Positions 17,684 through 20,203 of a stretch of DNA of 20,203 bases are shown here, in pieces. The notes beneath the pieces are model-generated. The model searched no databases and was not told where the DNA came from. It saw nothing but the letters and a program-made list of their open reading frames with translations. The stretch comes from Pseudobacteriovorax sp. (GTDB taxonomy: Bacteria > Bdellovibrionota_B > Oligoflexia > Oligoflexales > Oligoflexaceae): NCBI GenBank assembly GCA_050293845.1, contig JBNKNM010000091.1, positions 1 through 20,203 of the forward strand, read 5' to 3'. Both the position numbers and the translations under genes were made by a program. How positions within the stretch are numbered: the stretch's first letter is position 1; each line of letters starts with the position of its first letter.

Positions 17684-18424
17684 CTACCTTTGATCCTCAT
17701 GATCAATTATAGAAGCGGGAGAAAGACTGTCATATTTGAACTGATTTATAATTCCAGCTCTTACAACCGGAAATAGTTTTTCTGAAGATCCATTCGATCG
17801 TTTAGACAAAAGATCTTGTATTTCCTTTTGATGCTCATTTTCTAAGCTAATTATCTTTCTAAAAGTTTCCTCGCCTGCCGCACCATAGTTAAAATAATTT
17901 TCACCTCCTTGCGCTTTATGTACAATCCAATCTATTAGACGTTTTTGCTCTATCTTTGAACGAAACTTGATTCCGGAGTCTCCTTTTCTCTTAATAATAC
18001 CTGAATTAGTGACATACACCATATCCAACTGAAGCAATAAGGTAATGATATTTTCAGCATTAGACCCAAATGTGAAGTAAATATCACTCTCATAGTACAG
18101 CCCTAGGAAACATAGCAGAGCTATCTCGATTGAAACTGGGTCCTGTAAAATTTTTACTAATGCACTAGGTGGCGCATTATTAGTAATCTCAACATGACCA
18201 TCCGCAACAGAGCTTGAAACATACCCTTTGATAAATCCGATGAATGCGGCAATCTTTTCATCTATCTTGAGAGTCCGCGTTTCACCTCTAACAAACCTTC
18301 GGATCTTATTTCCAGTAGTGACATCTAAACTATGCAATTCATACAAATCAATCCATTTCAAATTTTCCTTTTCCAGATAATGTTCAACATTAGCTTTAAA
18401 AACCCCATCTAATTCATACAACAT
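17684..18424 (-). CDS. Putative prophage repressor-like regulator (N-terminal HTH-like region, unknown C-terminal domain)
   Basis: ATG 18424 preceded by GGAG (ORF track starts at TTG 18505). KIRRFVRGETRTL resembles an XRE recognition helix; divergent from Cro-like genes. Confidence 0.5.
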   Translation of the reverse strand: MLYELDGVFKANVEHYLEKENLKWIDLYELHSLDVTTGNKIRRFVRGETRTLKIDEKIAAFIGFIKGYVSSSVADGHVEITNNAPPSALVKILQDPVSIEIALLCFLGLYYESDIYFTFGSNAENIITLLLQLDMVYVTNSGIIKRKGDSGIKFRSKIEQKRLIDWIVHKAQGGENYFNYGAAGEETFRKIISLENEHQKEIQDLLSKRSNGSSEKLFPVVRAGIINQFKYDSLSPASIIDHEDQR

Positions 18425-18504
18425 TCTTCTCCAAGACAATTCAGTTATTCCAATAGAACTCACTATAGATAGGAGAATACAATCTATATTGCAGATTTGC
18501 TTCA

Positions 18505-18725
18505 AATTCTGTTTCTGACTTATCTAATAATTTCATGATTATAGGTTGAAAATAGGGCTAATTCTGTTTCTTAATTTGGTAAAATTTTAGGCTAGCGACA
18601 GAAATAAGAAGAATAAATTTTTTTTCCGGTCGATTTTTAACTCTGATTGAACACTAGAAAAGATAAGTACCTAAAAACAGGTAACGCATATTTTCTAAAC
18701 TCATAGAATTCTTAGAAACAGATTT
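18505..18725. promoter_or_regulatory. Three copies of a 12-bp motif in the divergent switch region, candidate operators
   Basis: AATTCTGTTTCT at 18505-18516 and 18560-18571; inverted AGAAACAGATTT at 18714-18725 (one mismatch). Confidence 0.45.
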
Positions 18726-18851
18726 TTGACGCGTCTTTACTCTTTAAAAACCTGCTGATAACTTTCTTTATCGAGTCAGGCATCGAAAACTTCTTAAGCC
18801 TAGTCTCAGAAAAACTTTAACCAAATAACTAATATTTTTTTGGATATAAAA

Positions 18852-19181
18852 ATGTACTTCGAAAAAAGTCTTCCTTTTAATAGGGAAGCTTCGCTCGGCA
18901 ATGTCGCCTTGCATAAAAAATTTGCGAAATTAACTGCTGACTATGATTTTCTGGACGATCCAAAGTTCAGGTTAGAACTCGTATTAGCTGGGTTACTGAT
19001 CAATGAGTATGTGGACAAGGATTTATTATCTACACGATCATTTTCTAATTTAAGACATTTTTTAAATCATAAGGGACGTATAAATTTCATGGAGTGTTCC
19101 ATCGTAGCCGCCTTGATTAAGGATCACTATCAAGCAATTGAAATCAATGGCGCTCTCTATGTGAAGTTTAGGTTCAAGTAA
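18852..19181 (+). CDS. Hypothetical phage protein
   Basis: Open frame, first gene of the rightward unit; ATG 18852 or TTG 18840; no recognised motif. Confidence 0.55.
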   Translation: MYFEKSLPFNREASLGNVALHKKFAKLTADYDFLDDPKFRLELVLAGLLINEYVDKDLLSTRSFSNLRHFLNHKGRINFMECSIVAALIKDHYQAIEINGALYVKFRFK

Positions 19182-19204
19182 TTTTTCATTCAAGGAGATG
19201 TGCC

Positions 19205-19459
19205 ATGGGAAAAGTAAGGCTTATTAACTTCTTAGATACTGCCTCAATTATCGATCGTCTTGAGCTTGAAGCAAGGAAAGCCGGTATGAACTTGGAGGAA
19301 TTATGGGGTCGTATCAAATTAGATACCCGAACTATGAATACATGGCGAACGGGACAGCATACACCTAGCCTTAGTAGTTTACAACATATTCAGTCGGTAA
19401 TTAACGACTATATACGCGAAAAAAATTCAAATGGGGAGTTGGTATATGATAACAAATAG
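19205..19459 (+). CDS. Cro/XRE-type helix-turn-helix protein
   Basis: RBS AAGGAG; GMNLEELWGRIKLDTRTMNTWRTGQHTPSLSSL is an XRE HTH signature. Confidence 0.85.
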   Translation: MGKVRLINFLDTASIIDRLELEARKAGMNLEELWGRIKLDTRTMNTWRTGQHTPSLSSLQHIQSVINDYIREKNSNGELVYDNK

Positions 19460-20203
19460 ATGGTATGGCCCCGTAGATTATATGCTTTATCATGAAAAAA
19501 TGGCTGAATATCACCGTAAATGGTGGTGGCTGAGTAAGTCTGTCATTGATTTGATTCTGTCGTCACCAAGACATTTTCAATACAAATTCTTGAATCCTAA
19601 AAGCTATCGAGTATCAGAGTCAAAAAGTCAATCAAGGGGTACAGATGTTCATACAATGCTTCTTGAACTTTCCATTTTTAAGTCTCGCTATCTTTGTGGC
19701 CCAGAGGGTAAGAATCGTAATCATGTACCCTTTAAAAACATGGTTATGGAAAACCCTGACAATATGGTCCTTCCTTTTACCGAATATAAGATGTTAGAGG
19801 CTATTTACGATTCCGTGTTTCAACAAAAGCTTGGTCGCTACTTTCTCCAACTTGAAGGCAGTCCGGAAGTATCTTGTTATTGGATCGATCCAGAATTTAA
19901 TCAGCCCTTAAAGTGTCGTCCCGATAAACTTATTGAAACTGAAAAGATCGTTGTAGACATTAAGACCACCTCTATCCTAGGGAAATTCAAGTTTGAGCGT
20001 CATGCTTCAGATCTAAACTATCATCGCTCTGCTGCCTTAACCTTGCGTGGTCTTAAGTTACTTACTGGCAATGATTATACGTACATATTTCTCGTAGTTG
20101 AAACAAAACCACCCTTCAATGTGGCTTGCTATTCATACTGCGAAGACGATATTGCCACCGGTAATTTGGAAATTGATAAAGCTATAAAAAAATACCAAGA
20201 GTG
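19446..20203 (+). CDS. RecE/exonuclease VIII-like PD-(D/E)XK nuclease (DUF3799-like), 3' truncated by window
   Basis: Not in the ORF track because it has no stop. My translation from ATG 19446 (RBS GGGGAG): MITNRWYG...EYH...LSKS...SPRHF...GTDVHTMLLE...EVSCYW...KCRPDKL...VVDIKTT...YHRSAA...FLVVETKPPF. Confidence 0.9.
   Translation, partial: MITNRWYGPVDYMLYHEKMAEYHRKWWWLSKSVIDLILSSPRHFQYKFLNPKSYRVSESKSQSRGTDVHTMLLELSIFKSRYLCGPEGKNRNHVPFKNMVMENPDNMVLPFTEYKMLEAIYDSVFQQKLGRYFLQLEGSPEVSCYWIDPEFNQPLKCRPDKLIETEKIVVDIKTTSILGKFKFERHASDLNYHRSAALTLRGLKLLTGNDYTYIFLVVETKPPFNVACYSYCEDDIATGNLEIDKAIKKYQE

Larger units (their letters stand above)
16087..20203. mobile_element. Left end of a prophage or phage-related island
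   Basis: att core, integrase, xis-like gene, divergent regulators, RecE-like nuclease; continues past the window. Confidence 0.85.

Overview
Bacterial window with three parts; gene content suggests Bdellovibrionota/Oligoflexia or a myxobacteria-like lineage (inference). (1) 1-13010 holds envelope and metabolic genes: a partial LolA-like protein and an outer-membrane barrel, a four-gene operon (di-CxxCH exported protein, lipoprotein, Tat DUF1501-like protein, mono-CxxCH lipoprotein), a fatty acid desaturase divergent from a Cip1-like lipoprotein, a small beta-barrel, a YaaW-like protein and an aldehyde dehydrogenase. Three sigma54-type promoter motifs are visible. (2) 13500-16086 is mobile debris: an IS66 remnant, a frameshifted Rhs C-terminal remnant and a complete IS110/IS1111-type element (14475-15857). 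The element's 3' non-coding region carries four guide segments matching its own reconstructed target and donor sites, i.e. a readable bridge/seek RNA with an AA/TT core. (3) From 16087 is the left end of a prophage: a tmRNA 3'-end att fragment, tyrosine integrase, excisionase-like HTH, a divergent regulatory switch and a RecE-like exonuclease cut by the window edge.
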